Shown: positions 30,654 to 41,463 of the stretch, piece by piece | Numbering within the stretch: the first letter of the stretch is position 1 | Layout: each line of letters begins with the position of its first letter | Source: a virus | Direction: 5' to 3' (one strand) | DNA: 64,000 nt | Virus record (IMG/VR): IMGVR_UViG_3300023174_000087 | Coordinates: 32,001 to 96,000 of that record | Made by a program: the position numbers and the translations under genes | The notes under the pieces: generated by a model | The model's input: only the letters and a program-made list of their open reading frames with translations | What the model was told of the DNA's origin: nothing | Database searches by the model: none

Positions 30654-31097
30654 ATGGCAAAAATTCCTGTACCTGACCGTGGTCAACCACTAGATGTTTC
30701 TTATATTTCTACATTAGCAGAAGCAGTTAATAGCCTTTCAGAGCAGATCACCCCAGCACTGTACAAGTATGTAACAGTAGACACTCCAAATGTCGGCAAG
30801 CAAAGTGTGAAGGCTTCTGAAGCACGTATTTTGGGTGGGTATGTAGAAGTTGTTAACAGTGCAGCAAAAACAAAAGGAGATACTGTAGCATTCTCATATG
30901 ATTTTGCAACAGATTTTAAGTATGCCCCGATTGCAACAGCAACACCTGTAAATATTGGAAATACATCTGCAGGTAAAAATGTTTCAGTAGTTTTAAAAAC
31001 AGTAACGACATCAAAGGTTGAGGGTGTTGTTATTTTTAATGAAACTGGTGACCTAACAGTTGGAGTCAATCTAATAGTTGTTGGAATTCCTAATTAA
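30654..31097 (+). CDS. Putative tail-tip protein with small C-terminal beta domain
   Basis: PDRGQPLD N-terminus; F...F..AP...ATP and NLIVVG C-terminus. Confidence 0.5.
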   Translation: MAKIPVPDRGQPLDVSYISTLAEAVNSLSEQITPALYKYVTVDTPNVGKQSVKASEARILGGYVEVVNSAAKTKGDTVAFSYDFATDFKYAPIATATPVNIGNTSAGKNVSVVLKTVTTSKVEGVVIFNETGDLTVGVNLIVVGIPN

Positions 31098-31288
31098 TGC
31101 TAAGATGCGACAAATGCAAAGGAAGAATGTTTCTTGATAGACAATACAGTAGCCCAGGTCATCTAGAATCTTACTGCATGATGTGTGGCAATAGAAGATT
31201 CTTTAATCCACCACAGAATTCATCGGAGGGAAGATGGCTCTTAAAAAAGGAAGTATCCAGAGCGAAGGCTACAATCTCGCCCCTGTAA
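31097..31288 (+). CDS. Small zinc-ribbon protein
   Basis: CxxC...CxxC (CDKC, CMMC). Confidence 0.65.
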   Translation: MLRCDKCKGRMFLDRQYSSPGHLESYCMMCGNRRFFNPPQNSSEGRWLLKKEVSRAKATISPL

Positions 31289-31776
31289 TCCCAGGTAATA
31301 AAAAAGTTTGGTTTCTTAATGGAGACCTTGTTAGAGTTCATCACCTAAATAGATCTAATGGGATAATGTCTGTTTATAACATTACAAAAGATCAAATTGA
31401 AAGTTGCTTAATTGGTGATTTTAAGAAAAAAAGAGAAAGAGCATATACTGTTGGTGAAACTGCTACTCTTGTGAATAGACATAAAAAATATATGCCATCA
31501 TTAATGAAACGAGGAATCATTCCTTTTCCCACTGGGTCTCAAAAGGGAGGGGCAAGGGGATTTCAAGTAAGATCATACTATTCAGAATCACAAGTAAGGG
31601 CTATACGTGATATACTTGCTACGTACCATATTGGAAGACCAAGAAAAGATAATTTAATAACAAATGACATGACGCCAAGTGTGCAAGAGTTGACAAGGCG
31701 TATGGGAGACGGTATACTTACATATGTAAGAACTGAAGATGGACGATTCATTCCAGTGTGGTCTGAGTCTATTTAA
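31234..31776 (+). CDS. MerR-like helix-turn-helix DNA-binding protein
   Basis: YTVGETATLVNR...GIIPFP...RSYYSESQV. Confidence 0.65.
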   Translation: MALKKGSIQSEGYNLAPVIPGNKKVWFLNGDLVRVHHLNRSNGIMSVYNITKDQIESCLIGDFKKKRERAYTVGETATLVNRHKKYMPSLMKRGIIPFPTGSQKGGARGFQVRSYYSESQVRAIRDILATYHIGRPRKDNLITNDMTPSVQELTRRMGDGILTYVRTEDGRFIPVWSESI

Positions 31777-31789
31777 CGAAGGGTATAAA

Positions 31790-31999
31790 ATGGAAAATGA
31801 TTTAACTAAGGTATCCGTAACACTAGGATATACACTCAATTTAGGAAATTTTCAGTCTTTGAGACTTGATCTTGGAGTTATTGATTCCAAGCGTGATGGT
31901 GAAAATACAGAGCAGGCTTTTGAGCGTGTATATAAGTTTGTTGAAGACAAACTAACTGATAAGATTAAAGAAGCGCAGTTAGAAGCATCTGATTCATAA
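31790..31999 (+). CDS. Hypothetical protein
   Basis: ATG 31790; GYTLNLGNFQSLRLD motif. Confidence 0.65.
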   Translation: MENDLTKVSVTLGYTLNLGNFQSLRLDLGVIDSKRDGENTEQAFERVYKFVEDKLTDKIKEAQLEASDS

Positions 32000-32310
32000 T
32001 GGCAGAACGCAAAGACCGAATGGCTTTGCTTTCACGCTACAGCAAGTTACATACTGCAAAGTATGAGCAAAAGCCATCACTAAATCTTAATGTGGAGCAA
32101 TGGGCTTCCGATGCACTTATTGAATCATATGGAATTGGAGCCTGCTACGATGTTCTTGACTATTACTTTAGTGTTGCTCAGTCTCCCTCTTGGAATTACT
32201 TTGCATACAATACAGAAAAAATATTACAAGCAAGACTAGATAAACAACAAGATGATAAAGAAAGAGCAGAGCGTAGACAAATGGCAAAGGAGTGGTTGAA
32301 GAGTGAATGA
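31999..32310 (+). CDS. Hypothetical protein, possible helicase loader
   Basis: Coupled directly upstream of the DnaB-like helicase. Confidence 0.5.
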   Translation: MAERKDRMALLSRYSKLHTAKYEQKPSLNLNVEQWASDALIESYGIGACYDVLDYYFSVAQSPSWNYFAYNTEKILQARLDKQQDDKERAERRQMAKEWLKSE

Positions 32311-33523
32311 TACAGAGGCAAAATTAATTTCAGCAGTCCTAAATGATAAACAGGTTCATGTTCTTCTTCAAGCAAATGTCGATAATCTTTTAAGAACCCA
32401 TACAGACGTATGGACATTTATTAGAAATTATTTTGAGGCTAATTCTGCAGTACCACCAACAAACCTTGTTGTTGAAAAGTTTCGTGACTTTCAGCCAATC
32501 TCTGGTGTTGGAGCAACAAAGCATCACTTAGAAGAACTTCAAACAGAATACCTAAATGATAGTTTAAAAGATATTCTTAGAAATGCTGCAGGAGAAGTTC
32601 AACAAGGACAGGGTACAAAAGCATTAGACGAACTAATTACAAAAACATCAGAATTAAAAAAGAATACATCTGCTATTCGTGATATTGATGTTACAGACCT
32701 AGAGTCTGCAATAGCCTATTTTGAAAACATGAAAGAACAACAGGCACTTGGCAAGGTTGGAATTAAAACTAACTTACCAGGTTTTGATAACTACTTACCA
32801 GCAGGAATTATGCCAGGGCAGTTAGGAGTCTTTTTAGCATACCCAGGTATAGGAAAGTCATGGATGGCCTTATACTTTGCTGTACAGGCCTGGAAACAGG
32901 GTAAGACACCCCTTGTAATTTCACTTGAGATGTCAGAAACAGAAGTTCGTAATCGTGTTTTTACAATTATGGGTGAGGGTCTTTGGTCACATAGAAAGAT
33001 ATCTAATGGGGAGATTGAGTTAGATATGTTGAAGTCGTGGCATGCTAAAAATCTTCAAGGAAAACCAGAGTTTCATATTATCTCAAATGATCAAGGTGGA
33101 GAAATAAACCCATCGGTTCTCCGTGGAAAAATTGATCAATATAAACCAGATTTTGTTATTGTTGATTACCTACAGTTAATGGCTCCAAATCAAAAGTCAG
33201 ACAATGAAACAGTACGAATGAAAAACCTTTCACGAGAACTCAAACTTATGGCTATTGGTGAAGAGGTTCCTATTATTGCTATCTCATCTGCAACTCCTGA
33301 TGATGTTAATGATCTTAGTGGTGTCCCAACACTTGGACAAACTGCTTGGTCAAGACAGATTGCATATGATGCAGACTGGGTAATTGCACTGGGTCGTGCT
33401 ACAAATAGCGATATTATTGAGTGTGCTTTTAGAAAAAACCGTAATGGATTTATGGGGGACTTTCTTGTCCAGGTGGACTTTGATAGAGGGTATTATAGAT
33501 ATAAAGATTTTGAAGATAAGTAG
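32303..33523 (+). CDS. dnaB: DnaB-like replicative helicase
   Basis: Walker A AYPGIGKS, SLEMS, IVDYLQL, KNRNG. Confidence 0.93.
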   Translation: MNDTEAKLISAVLNDKQVHVLLQANVDNLLRTHTDVWTFIRNYFEANSAVPPTNLVVEKFRDFQPISGVGATKHHLEELQTEYLNDSLKDILRNAAGEVQQGQGTKALDELITKTSELKKNTSAIRDIDVTDLESAIAYFENMKEQQALGKVGIKTNLPGFDNYLPAGIMPGQLGVFLAYPGIGKSWMALYFAVQAWKQGKTPLVISLEMSETEVRNRVFTIMGEGLWSHRKISNGEIELDMLKSWHAKNLQGKPEFHIISNDQGGEINPSVLRGKIDQYKPDFVIVDYLQLMAPNQKSDNETVRMKNLSRELKLMAIGEEVPIIAISSATPDDVNDLSGVPTLGQTAWSRQIAYDADWVIALGRATNSDIIECAFRKNRNGFMGDFLVQVDFDRGYYRYKDFEDK

Positions 33524-33535
33524 TTATAATGTGAT

Positions 33536-33862
33536 ATGGAAAACTATCACCATAAGACTATAAAAAGGTTTAACCTTAACGGCATCATTCAGGATGAGGC
33601 TAGACTTGGTAGACTAAAAAATGAATACATTAGGTTGATAGAATCAGAAATGAGACTATCTGGATATGTACCAAGGCTTGACATAGAACCAGATTTTACG
33701 ATAGACTATAATGAAAGAAAGAAATATTTTGAGTTTGAATTAACATTATACGGGGTTCACATAGGGAGAAAGAAAAGCGAATGGATAGTAGGAATAGACG
33801 GAGCAAGACCAATAGTTACACTACAGAACAGATCAAAAGAGTTCTCACAGGAACAGGCGTAA
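33536..33862 (+). CDS. Hypothetical protein (leaderless)
   Basis: TATAAT 33525-33530, 5 nt before ATG; overlaps primase 5' end. Confidence 0.65.
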   Translation: MENYHHKTIKRFNLNGIIQDEARLGRLKNEYIRLIESEMRLSGYVPRLDIEPDFTIDYNERKKYFEFELTLYGVHIGRKKSEWIVGIDGARPIVTLQNRSKEFSQEQA

Positions 33863-34725
33863 CTATTGAGTCTGAGGTAGACTCCGATTATATAATTTTT
33901 TGTCCATTCCACAATAATAATAGAACACCTGCTGGTGAAATAGATAAAAGCAATGGAACGTTTTTTTGTTTTTCTTGCCACCATATTGCTGATTTAATTG
34001 AGTTTGTTATGCATATGTCTGGGCGAACATATTTTGAGGCTATTAGATTTATAAAAAGCAAAGAGGTTGAGGGCAACCTAGAAAGAGATATTAACAAGGC
34101 TTTTATTGTTAAGCCAGACTTTGTTACGTATGACGAATTAATATTAAAGCGTTTGTATAATAATTTAGTAACATCCGATAGAGCAAAAGATTACTTTAAC
34201 TATAGAAAAATCAACATCCAGTCTTGGTCAAAATTTTCTTTGGGTTATTCTGAAAAACAAGATATGGTTACCGTTCCAGTGCATAGTCCAGATGGAATGC
34301 CAATCGGATTTGTTGGCAGATCAATTGAGGGTAAAGAGTTTAAGAATACTCCAGGTTTGCCTAAATCAAAAACATTGTTTAATCTTCACAGAGTAAAAAC
34401 ATCAAACAAGGTTTATGTTGTTGAATCTTCTTTTGATGCTATAAGGCTTGATCAGGTGGGTATTCCAGCAATTGCAACTTTAGGATCTAATGTTTCAAAT
34501 ACACAGATAGAATTATTGCAAAAATGTTTTAATGATATAATTATAGTTGCAGATAATGATGAGGCTGGTGGTAATATGAAAACAAAAATAATTGAAAAAC
34601 TTGGGTCTCGTGTGTCTGTAATACAGTTAGACAGTAAATATAAAGACATTGGCGACATGGAAGATTCTGCAATAATTAAATTAGAAAGCGATTTTACTAA
34701 AGATATTGTGGCCATGTTAAAATGA
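33781..34725 (+). CDS. dnaG: DNA primase
   Basis: CPFH...CFSC zinc finger; GFVGR; TOPRIM VVESSFD, DNDEAG, KDIGD. Confidence 0.93.
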   Translation: MDSRNRRSKTNSYTTEQIKRVLTGTGVTIESEVDSDYIIFCPFHNNNRTPAGEIDKSNGTFFCFSCHHIADLIEFVMHMSGRTYFEAIRFIKSKEVEGNLERDINKAFIVKPDFVTYDELILKRLYNNLVTSDRAKDYFNYRKINIQSWSKFSLGYSEKQDMVTVPVHSPDGMPIGFVGRSIEGKEFKNTPGLPKSKTLFNLHRVKTSNKVYVVESSFDAIRLDQVGIPAIATLGSNVSNTQIELLQKCFNDIIIVADNDEAGGNMKTKIIEKLGSRVSVIQLDSKYKDIGDMEDSAIIKLESDFTKDIVAMLK

Positions 34726-35015
34726 AAAATAAAGCACAATGGTTTTTACCTATAAAAAATATGAAAAATAAAACATATTGGAATAAACCAAATACTGTTG
34801 AATTTTTTGCTTTTGCTACAAAGTTAGTTATTATTTTTCCAGGTTTGCTTTTTGGTAAACAAATTTGGTGGCTTTATATTTTTGCACTAGCGTCAAGCCT
34901 ATCTCTTATTTGGTCTTCAACAATAAAAACTTTGCCATCTATTATTTTATTTAATATTGGTTGGTCTATCCTTGCTACTTTAGCAATTTTAAAACACTTT
35001 GGAGCAATACTATGA
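34722..35015 (+). CDS. Small multi-pass membrane protein
   Basis: Three hydrophobic segments; ATGA-coupled to primase and halogenase; start may be 34761. Confidence 0.6.
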   Translation: MKNKAQWFLPIKNMKNKTYWNKPNTVEFFAFATKLVIIFPGLLFGKQIWWLYIFALASSLSLIWSSTIKTLPSIILFNIGWSILATLAILKHFGAIL

Positions 35016-36532
35016 ACATTGTGGTGTTGGGGGGAGGGACTGCTGGATACATAAGTGCGTTAGCATTTAAAAAAAGATATCCAAACTATAATATAAAAAT
35101 AGTTGATAGTTCAAAAATTGGAATTATTGGTGTTGGGGAATCAACAACCCCTCAGTTTGAAACAATGATCAAATATTTAGATTTGCCAATGAATGAATTT
35201 ATATCTGAAACTGGCGCAACTATTAAAAATGGTATAAAATTTACAAATTGGACAAATAACAAGCCACATTATTTTCATCCTTTCTATCAATATGTAGATA
35301 TGGATTATGTAACATATTTAGATAATGTTATGAAACAAAAAAACAAAGATAGTTTGGATTATACGTATAGAGATTTTAAGTTAAATGCTAATAAAGACTT
35401 TGTGCCTGTAATTATTAATGCACTATTGCTAGATGGAAACTTAGATAAAGTAAACCTACAAACAGAACTAAGTTATGAAAATAAAGTTTTAGATTCGGCA
35501 TATGCTTGGCATATTGATGCAGCCCTAGTGATTAACTTTTTTAGAAAACATGCTAAGATAAGAGGCATTGATGTTATAGACGATGTACTCTTGAATGCAG
35601 AATCAGATAATAGTGGCAATATTACAAAATTAATTTTAGAAAAACAGATTTTAAATTTAGACTTTGTTATAGATTGTTCTGGATTTTCTAGACTGCTTAT
35701 TGGAAAACATTTTGATTCTGAACTTACCTATGTTTCAGATAGTTTGCCATGTGACAGTGGCATTGCTTTCCAGATGGATGGAGACCCAGTTCCATATACA
35801 GAAGCAATAGCAATGAATTATGGCTGGGCATGGAAGATACCTTTGCAACATAGGTATGGTTGTGGTTATATTTATGACTCAAAATACATTAATGATGAAG
35901 ATGCATTAGATGAAATTAAAAATAAGTTTGGCAATAACATACGTGTAATGAAAAACTATAAATTCAAGGCTGGATACTATAAAAAGCCTTGGGTAAATAA
36001 TTGTTTGGCTGTAGGAGTCGCAGCAAGTTTTTTTGAGCCACTAGAAGCAACATCACTTTTAAATTCAACAACCATGATTGAAATATTTTTAAAAGAATAT
36101 TTTGATGAATACATAAAAGATAAAAAGAGTGTAGATTTAAATAAGTATAATAATTTAATTGAGCATAGGAATGAACACTTAAAGGCTTTTTTATATTTAC
36201 ACTATACAACCAATAAAATAAATACTCCTTTTTGGAAAGACTTTAATCATTTAAATAAAATTCCAGAAATATTAATTTCTTTTATGGATGATATGAAAAA
36301 TCAATTTTATTCAAATAGTTTAATAGAAAAACGAGGTTCCATTTTTGGTTGGAGCAACTGGGCATCTGTTTATTTTGGCAATGAACTTTATGATTCAAGC
36401 CTGCTTAGTGATCAACTTGACAAAGATGGTGTAACAAGGTACAATATAATAAGAGAAAGAATAAATAAGTCAAAAAACTTAGGTATTCCAATTAAAGAAT
36501 ATATAAACACACTAACAAAAAAAGGAGAATAA
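35012..36532 (+). CDS. Flavin-dependent (tryptophan-halogenase family) halogenase
   Basis: GGGTAG, IGVGEST, GATIKNGIKF with conserved Lys, IDCSGF, GWAWKIP (WxWxIP), FFEPLEAT. Confidence 0.88.
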   Translation: MNIVVLGGGTAGYISALAFKKRYPNYNIKIVDSSKIGIIGVGESTTPQFETMIKYLDLPMNEFISETGATIKNGIKFTNWTNNKPHYFHPFYQYVDMDYVTYLDNVMKQKNKDSLDYTYRDFKLNANKDFVPVIINALLLDGNLDKVNLQTELSYENKVLDSAYAWHIDAALVINFFRKHAKIRGIDVIDDVLLNAESDNSGNITKLILEKQILNLDFVIDCSGFSRLLIGKHFDSELTYVSDSLPCDSGIAFQMDGDPVPYTEAIAMNYGWAWKIPLQHRYGCGYIYDSKYINDEDALDEIKNKFGNNIRVMKNYKFKAGYYKKPWVNNCLAVGVAASFFEPLEATSLLNSTTMIEIFLKEYFDEYIKDKKSVDLNKYNNLIEHRNEHLKAFLYLHYTTNKINTPFWKDFNHLNKIPEILISFMDDMKNQFYSNSLIEKRGSIFGWSNWASVYFGNELYDSSLLSDQLDKDGVTRYNIIRERINKSKNLGIPIKEYINTLTKKGE

Positions 36533-36533
36533 T

Positions 36534-37187
36534 ATGAGCGTAATTAAGGGATTAAAAGATATCAACGCCCTGCTCGAAAAACCAAAGTATGAAGGAACAG
36601 GGCAAAAGGTTCGTTGGGTAAAGTTAGCCGATGGACAATCAGCAAAGGTTAGATTTGTTGAAGAACTAGATCAAGATTCAGCACACTATGCAGAGGCTCG
36701 TGGTCTTTCTGTTGTAGTTGCAGAACATACAAACCCAAAGGACTATAAGCGCAAGGCTGCATGCACAATGGAATCAGAGGGCCGTTGCTTTGGTTGTGAG
36801 ATGGCAAAGAAAGAACCAAAATCAGGTTGGAGAGCACGACTTCGCTTCTATTGTAATGTATTGATCAATGATGGAACAGAAGATGCTTATATTGCTGTTT
36901 GGTCACAAGGCATTTCAAAGCAATCTGCATTTAATAATATTCGTGAATATGCACTTGACACAGGTAGCATTTCAAATCTTGAGTGGAAGTTAAAGCGCAA
37001 TGGTCAGGGAACTGAAACAAACTACACACTTCTTCCAAGTAAGCCAGATACAGAGCCATTCACTTGGGATGGCTTTGAATATTTCAACCTAGAAAAGGTT
37101 GTCCGTGAGGTTCCTTACCCAGAGCAAGAAGCATTTTACTTTGGGTTTGATACTCCTTCTGTTACCAGCACCAACATCGACTGGTAA
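36534..37187 (+). CDS. Single-stranded DNA-binding protein (gp32-like, Zn-binding)
   Basis: Between primase and polymerase; His/Cys cluster, RNGQGTETNY, acidic/aromatic C-terminus. Confidence 0.7.
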   Translation: MSVIKGLKDINALLEKPKYEGTGQKVRWVKLADGQSAKVRFVEELDQDSAHYAEARGLSVVVAEHTNPKDYKRKAACTMESEGRCFGCEMAKKEPKSGWRARLRFYCNVLINDGTEDAYIAVWSQGISKQSAFNNIREYALDTGSISNLEWKLKRNGQGTETNYTLLPSKPDTEPFTWDGFEYFNLEKVVREVPYPEQEAFYFGFDTPSVTSTNIDW

Positions 37188-37190
37188 TAG

Positions 37191-40100
37191 ATGTCTTACG
37201 TAGGCTTACACGTACATACTCACTACTCGTTATTTGACGGGATTGCTACTCCAGAAGAATACATTGACCGTGCAGTTGAGTTAGGGATGACAGCAATTGC
37301 CATCACTGACCACGGTACTTTATCTGGGCATAGGGAACTGCACCGTATTGCAAAAGCAAAGGGTATTAAGCCTATACTTGGTGTAGAAGGCTATATGTGT
37401 CAGGATAGATTTGATACAAGAGATAAGTCGGAAAGAGACGGCGATCTTGATTTAATTTATAACCATATAGTCCTTCTCGCCAAGAATCAAATTGGTTTAG
37501 AGAATCTAAATAAAATTAATGAAATTGCATGGACAGAGGGTTTTTTCAAGAAACCAAGGTTTGATTTTGAGATACTAAAAAAGTATTCAGAAGGAATTAT
37601 TGTAACATCAGCATGTCCAAGTAGCGTACTTGTAAAAGCACTTGAGAACAATGAGTTTGCTATTGCAAAAAAGCATATTGAATGGTTTAAGCGTGTATTT
37701 AATGATGACTACTACATTGAAGTAATGCCTCACAATCCTGCAGAAATTAATAAACAATTAATTGCTTTAGCAGATGAGTTTGGTGTTCAAGTTGTTGTTA
37801 CTCCTGACTGTCATCACAGTTCAACAGATCAAAAAGAAATACAGGAGTTTAAACTTCTTTTGAATACACATGTAAAGATTGACAAAGAACATACTTTTGA
37901 AAAATCTAAAAAGCACACAGACATGATGAAGCGTCTTGATTATTTGTACGGAGAAGACCGTCAGATTACTTTTAATAAGTTTGATATTCACCTTCTTTCT
38001 TATGAAGAAATGAAGGCTGCAATGGAAGCACAAGGTGTTGACCGCCCAGATATTTATTCTAATACATTATCTATTGCTGATAAGGTAGGGGATTATGGAA
38101 TTCAAGAAGGATTAGATCTTTTACCAGTTCAATACAAGAACCCAGATAAAGAACTTAAAGAATTAGCCCTTGTTGGATTAAAAGAACGAGGAGTAGATTC
38201 ACAAGAATATCTAGATAGATTAGATGAAGAACTAAAAGTAATTAAAGATAAAAAGTTTGCACCTTACTTTTTGGTTGTTAGAAGCATGATTAACTGGGCT
38301 AAAAAAGAAGATATTATGGTTGGACCAGGCCGTGGATCTGCTGCAGGTTCATTGTTGTGTTATGCACTAAATATAACAGACATTGATCCAATAAAGCATG
38401 GTCTTTTGTTTTTCCGTTTTATTAACCCAGATCGTAACGACTTTCCAGATATTGATACTGATATCCAAGACACTCGTCGTGAAGAGGTAAAAGATTATTT
38501 GGTTAGACAGTATCGACATGTTGCATCTATTGCTACTTTTTTATCATTTAAGGATAAAGGAGTAGTAAGAGATGTTGCACGAGTTCTTAATATTCCACTT
38601 CCAGATGTAAACAAAGTATTAAAGTTGGTTGATACATGGGATGATTTTTGCAACTCAAAATCAACAAGGGAGTTTCGTGAAAAATATCCAGAGGTAGAAG
38701 TTTATGGAGAACAACTGCGTGGTCGAATTAGAGGTACTGGCATTCATGCTGCTGGTGTTGTAACTAGCAAAGAACCAATTTTTAGATTTGCTCCAATGGA
38801 AACTAGATCTGTTACTGGCCAAGATGGAAGAATTCCTGTTGTTGCTGTTGATATGGAAGAGGCAGAGAAAATTGGATTAATTAAAATTGATGCATTAGGA
38901 TTAAAAACTCTTTCAGTGCTAAAGGACACCCTTGACATCATTAAAGAAAGAGATGGTAAAAAGATTGATCTTCTTAATATTAGTATGGACGATGCAAATG
39001 TATATCAAATGCTTTCTGATGGATACACAAAGGGTGTGTTTCAGTGTGAAGCAGCACCATATACAAATCTTTTAGTTAAAATGGGTGTAAAAAACCTTTC
39101 AGAACTTGCTGCATCTAATGCACTTGTTCGTCCAGGTGCAATGAATACTATCGGTAAAGACTATGTTGCTATTAAGCATGGTCGCCAAAATCCAGATTAT
39201 AAGCATCAAGTAATCAAATCATTTACGGAGGAAACCTATGGTTGTATTCTTTACCAAGAACAGGTTATGCAAGCATGCGTACAACTTGGTGGTATGTCCA
39301 TGTCGGAAGCAGATAAAGTTAGAAAGATCATTGGAAAGAAAAAAGATGCTAAAGAGTTTGATATCTTTAAGGATCAGTTCGTTAAAGGGGCTTCTCAATA
39401 CATTTCGCCGAATCAAGCCCTAGATTTGTGGCACGACTTTGAGGCTCACGCAGGGTATTCATTTAACAAGTCACACGCCGTAGCATATTCAACACTATCA
39501 TATTGGACAGCATGGTTAAAGTACCACTATCCACTAGAGTTTATGTATTCACTATTAAAAAATGAAAAGGATAAAGATGCACGTACTGAGTACCTTATTG
39601 AGGCAAAAAGAATGGGGATTGTTATTAAATTACCTCATATTAATGATTCCGATATTGATTTTAAAATTGAGGGTAAGGGCATTAGGTTTGGTCTTACTGG
39701 TATTAAATACATTTCCGACAAGATTGCAGAAAGATATATTGCTTCTAGACCTTTCTCTACGTATGCTGAAGTTGAAGCGTTTACATTTACAAAAGGAAAT
39801 GGCGTTAACTCTCGTGCTCTTCAAGCATTACGAGTTGTCGGAGCAACGACTTTTAATGACAATCCAAGAAACGATCAAGAGATTAAAGAAAATATCTACG
39901 AATATTTAAATCTACCAGAATTTAACATAACAGTTCCATCTCATTATCATGCATTTATAACTGATACAGAAGACTATGAAGAAAAAGGTTCTTTTATTTT
40001 AATGGGTATGGTAAAATCTATTAAAAGAGCAAAGGGTTGGTCAAGAGTAGAACTACTAGACAAAACAGGAAGCATAGGTGTATTTGATGATGAAAACACA

Positions 40101-40463
40101 ACTATCGAGGCTGGTACTTCGTATATCATTCTTGCTAATGATAATAGGATTTTATCTGCTGTGCCTGTTGATTCAATAAAGACTGCTGATAGCGCATTGA
40201 TTAAATTTTTAAACTATAAGATGTTGCCATATAAAGATGATGACATGTTTGTTGTATCATTTAAACCAAGAATTACTAAAAATGGTAAGAAGATGGCATC
40301 TCTTACACTTGCAGATGCTTCAAGAGATTTACATTCCGTTACTGTATTTCCTACAACATTTGCAAAAGCCTATATGAAACTTGAAGAGGGTAATGTGTAT
40401 AAATTTAGTTTTGGAAAAACAAAAGATGGAACTGTTATATTGGAGGATATAAATGTCGGTTAG
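37191..40463 (+). CDS. dnaE: DNA polymerase III alpha subunit (family C) with PHP domain
   Basis: HVHTHYS, TDHG, GPGRGSAAGS, PDIDTD, HAAGVV, KIDALGL, FNKSH; no intein evident. Confidence 0.96.
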   Translation: MSYVGLHVHTHYSLFDGIATPEEYIDRAVELGMTAIAITDHGTLSGHRELHRIAKAKGIKPILGVEGYMCQDRFDTRDKSERDGDLDLIYNHIVLLAKNQIGLENLNKINEIAWTEGFFKKPRFDFEILKKYSEGIIVTSACPSSVLVKALENNEFAIAKKHIEWFKRVFNDDYYIEVMPHNPAEINKQLIALADEFGVQVVVTPDCHHSSTDQKEIQEFKLLLNTHVKIDKEHTFEKSKKHTDMMKRLDYLYGEDRQITFNKFDIHLLSYEEMKAAMEAQGVDRPDIYSNTLSIADKVGDYGIQEGLDLLPVQYKNPDKELKELALVGLKERGVDSQEYLDRLDEELKVIKDKKFAPYFLVVRSMINWAKKEDIMVGPGRGSAAGSLLCYALNITDIDPIKHGLLFFRFINPDRNDFPDIDTDIQDTRREEVKDYLVRQYRHVASIATFLSFKDKGVVRDVARVLNIPLPDVNKVLKLVDTWDDFCNSKSTREFREKYPEVEVYGEQLRGRIRGTGIHAAGVVTSKEPIFRFAPMETRSVTGQDGRIPVVAVDMEEAEKIGLIKIDALGLKTLSVLKDTLDIIKERDGKKIDLLNISMDDANVYQMLSDGYTKGVFQCEAAPYTNLLVKMGVKNLSELAASNALVRPGAMNTIGKDYVAIKHGRQNPDYKHQVIKSFTEETYGCILYQEQVMQACVQLGGMSMSEADKVRKIIGKKKDAKEFDIFKDQFVKGASQYISPNQALDLWHDFEAHAGYSFNKSHAVAYSTLSYWTAWLKYHYPLEFMYSLLKNEKDKDARTEYLIEAKRMGIVIKLPHINDSDIDFKIEGKGIRFGLTGIKYISDKIAERYIASRPFSTYAEVEAFTFTKGNGVNSRALQALRVVGATTFNDNPRNDQEIKENIYEYLNLPEFNITVPSHYHAFITDTEDYEEKGSFILMGMVKSIKRAKGWSRVELLDKTGSIGVFDDENTTIEAGTSYIILANDNRILSAVPVDSIKTADSALIKFLNYKMLPYKDDDMFVVSFKPRITKNGKKMASLTLADASRDLHSVTVFPTTFAKAYMKLEEGNVYKFSFGKTKDGTVILEDINVG

Positions 40464-41463
40464 TATAGAGCAAGCATTAGCACAACTTGATCCAAAGTTA
40501 AGGAAAAGACTTGGAAGTGGTGTTGGTATTAATTATGAGTATCAGCCAACTCCCAGTTTTGGTTTAAATCGTGCTTTAGGTGGTGGACTTCCTTATGGTA
40601 GACAAGTTCTTATTTGGGGTTCAAAGTCGTCTGCAAAGTCCTCCATGTGCCTTCAGATGATTGCTCTAGCACAAGCAGAAGGAAAGTTGTGTGCATGGAT
40701 TGATTCAGAAATGTCATACTCAGAAGATTGGGCTAGAACTCTTGGGGTAGATCCAGAAAAATTAATCTACTCACAAGCAAGAACTATTAGCGATATGGTT
40801 GATGTTGGTGTTGGATTAATGAATGCTGGAGTTGACTTAATTGTGGTAGACTCTATTACATCAATGCTTCCAGCAATTTATTTTGAAAAAGATACAGATG
40901 AAATGAAAGCATTAGAAAATACTAAGCAGATTGGAGCAGAGTCCCGTGACTTTAGTAATGCATGGAAAATGCTTAATTATGCTAATAACAAGGTTAAGCC
41001 TACTCTTCTTGTTCTTATTTCCCAGTCTCGTAATAATATTAATGCTATGTATACTAGCCAGCAGCCTTCTGGTGGTCAGGCTACTAAGTTTTATTCTTCT
41101 TGCATCATTAAGTTATTTAGTTCCGAATCCGACAATCAAGCGATTAAAGGAAAAATTCAAGTAGGAGATAAACTAATTGAAGAAAAAATTGGAAGAACTA
41201 TTCGTTGGGAACTGCAATTTTCAAAAACCTCTCCAGGGTTTCAGTCTGGTGAATATGATTTTTATTTTAGAGGTGATGATATTGGTCTTGATACCATTGG
41301 TGATTTGGTTACTACCGCAGAATTAAACGGTATTGTAGAACGCACTGGTGCTTGGTACATACTACCTGATGGATCAAAAGTTCAAGGTAAAGAAGCATTT
41401 ATTAATCGTGTTAGGGAGGATCTTGATTTGCAAGAATCAATCAAGTCTAGATTGAATGCCTAG
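40453..41463 (+). CDS. recA: RecA/UvsX-like recombinase
   Basis: GGGLPYGR, GSKSSAKS Walker A variant, IDSE, VVDSI, SGGQATKFY, GAWY. Confidence 0.9.
   Translation: MSVSIEQALAQLDPKLRKRLGSGVGINYEYQPTPSFGLNRALGGGLPYGRQVLIWGSKSSAKSSMCLQMIALAQAEGKLCAWIDSEMSYSEDWARTLGVDPEKLIYSQARTISDMVDVGVGLMNAGVDLIVVDSITSMLPAIYFEKDTDEMKALENTKQIGAESRDFSNAWKMLNYANNKVKPTLLVLISQSRNNINAMYTSQQPSGGQATKFYSSCIIKLFSSESDNQAIKGKIQVGDKLIEEKIGRTIRWELQFSKTSPGFQSGEYDFYFRGDDIGLDTIGDLVTTAELNGIVERTGAWYILPDGSKVQGKEAFINRVREDLDLQESIKSRLNA

Noticed and set aside
37191-40463. Intein or intron in DnaE (also considered for RNR, helicase and terminase)
   Set aside because: Lengths are ordinary and no intein splice motifs or homing-endonuclease inserts are visible
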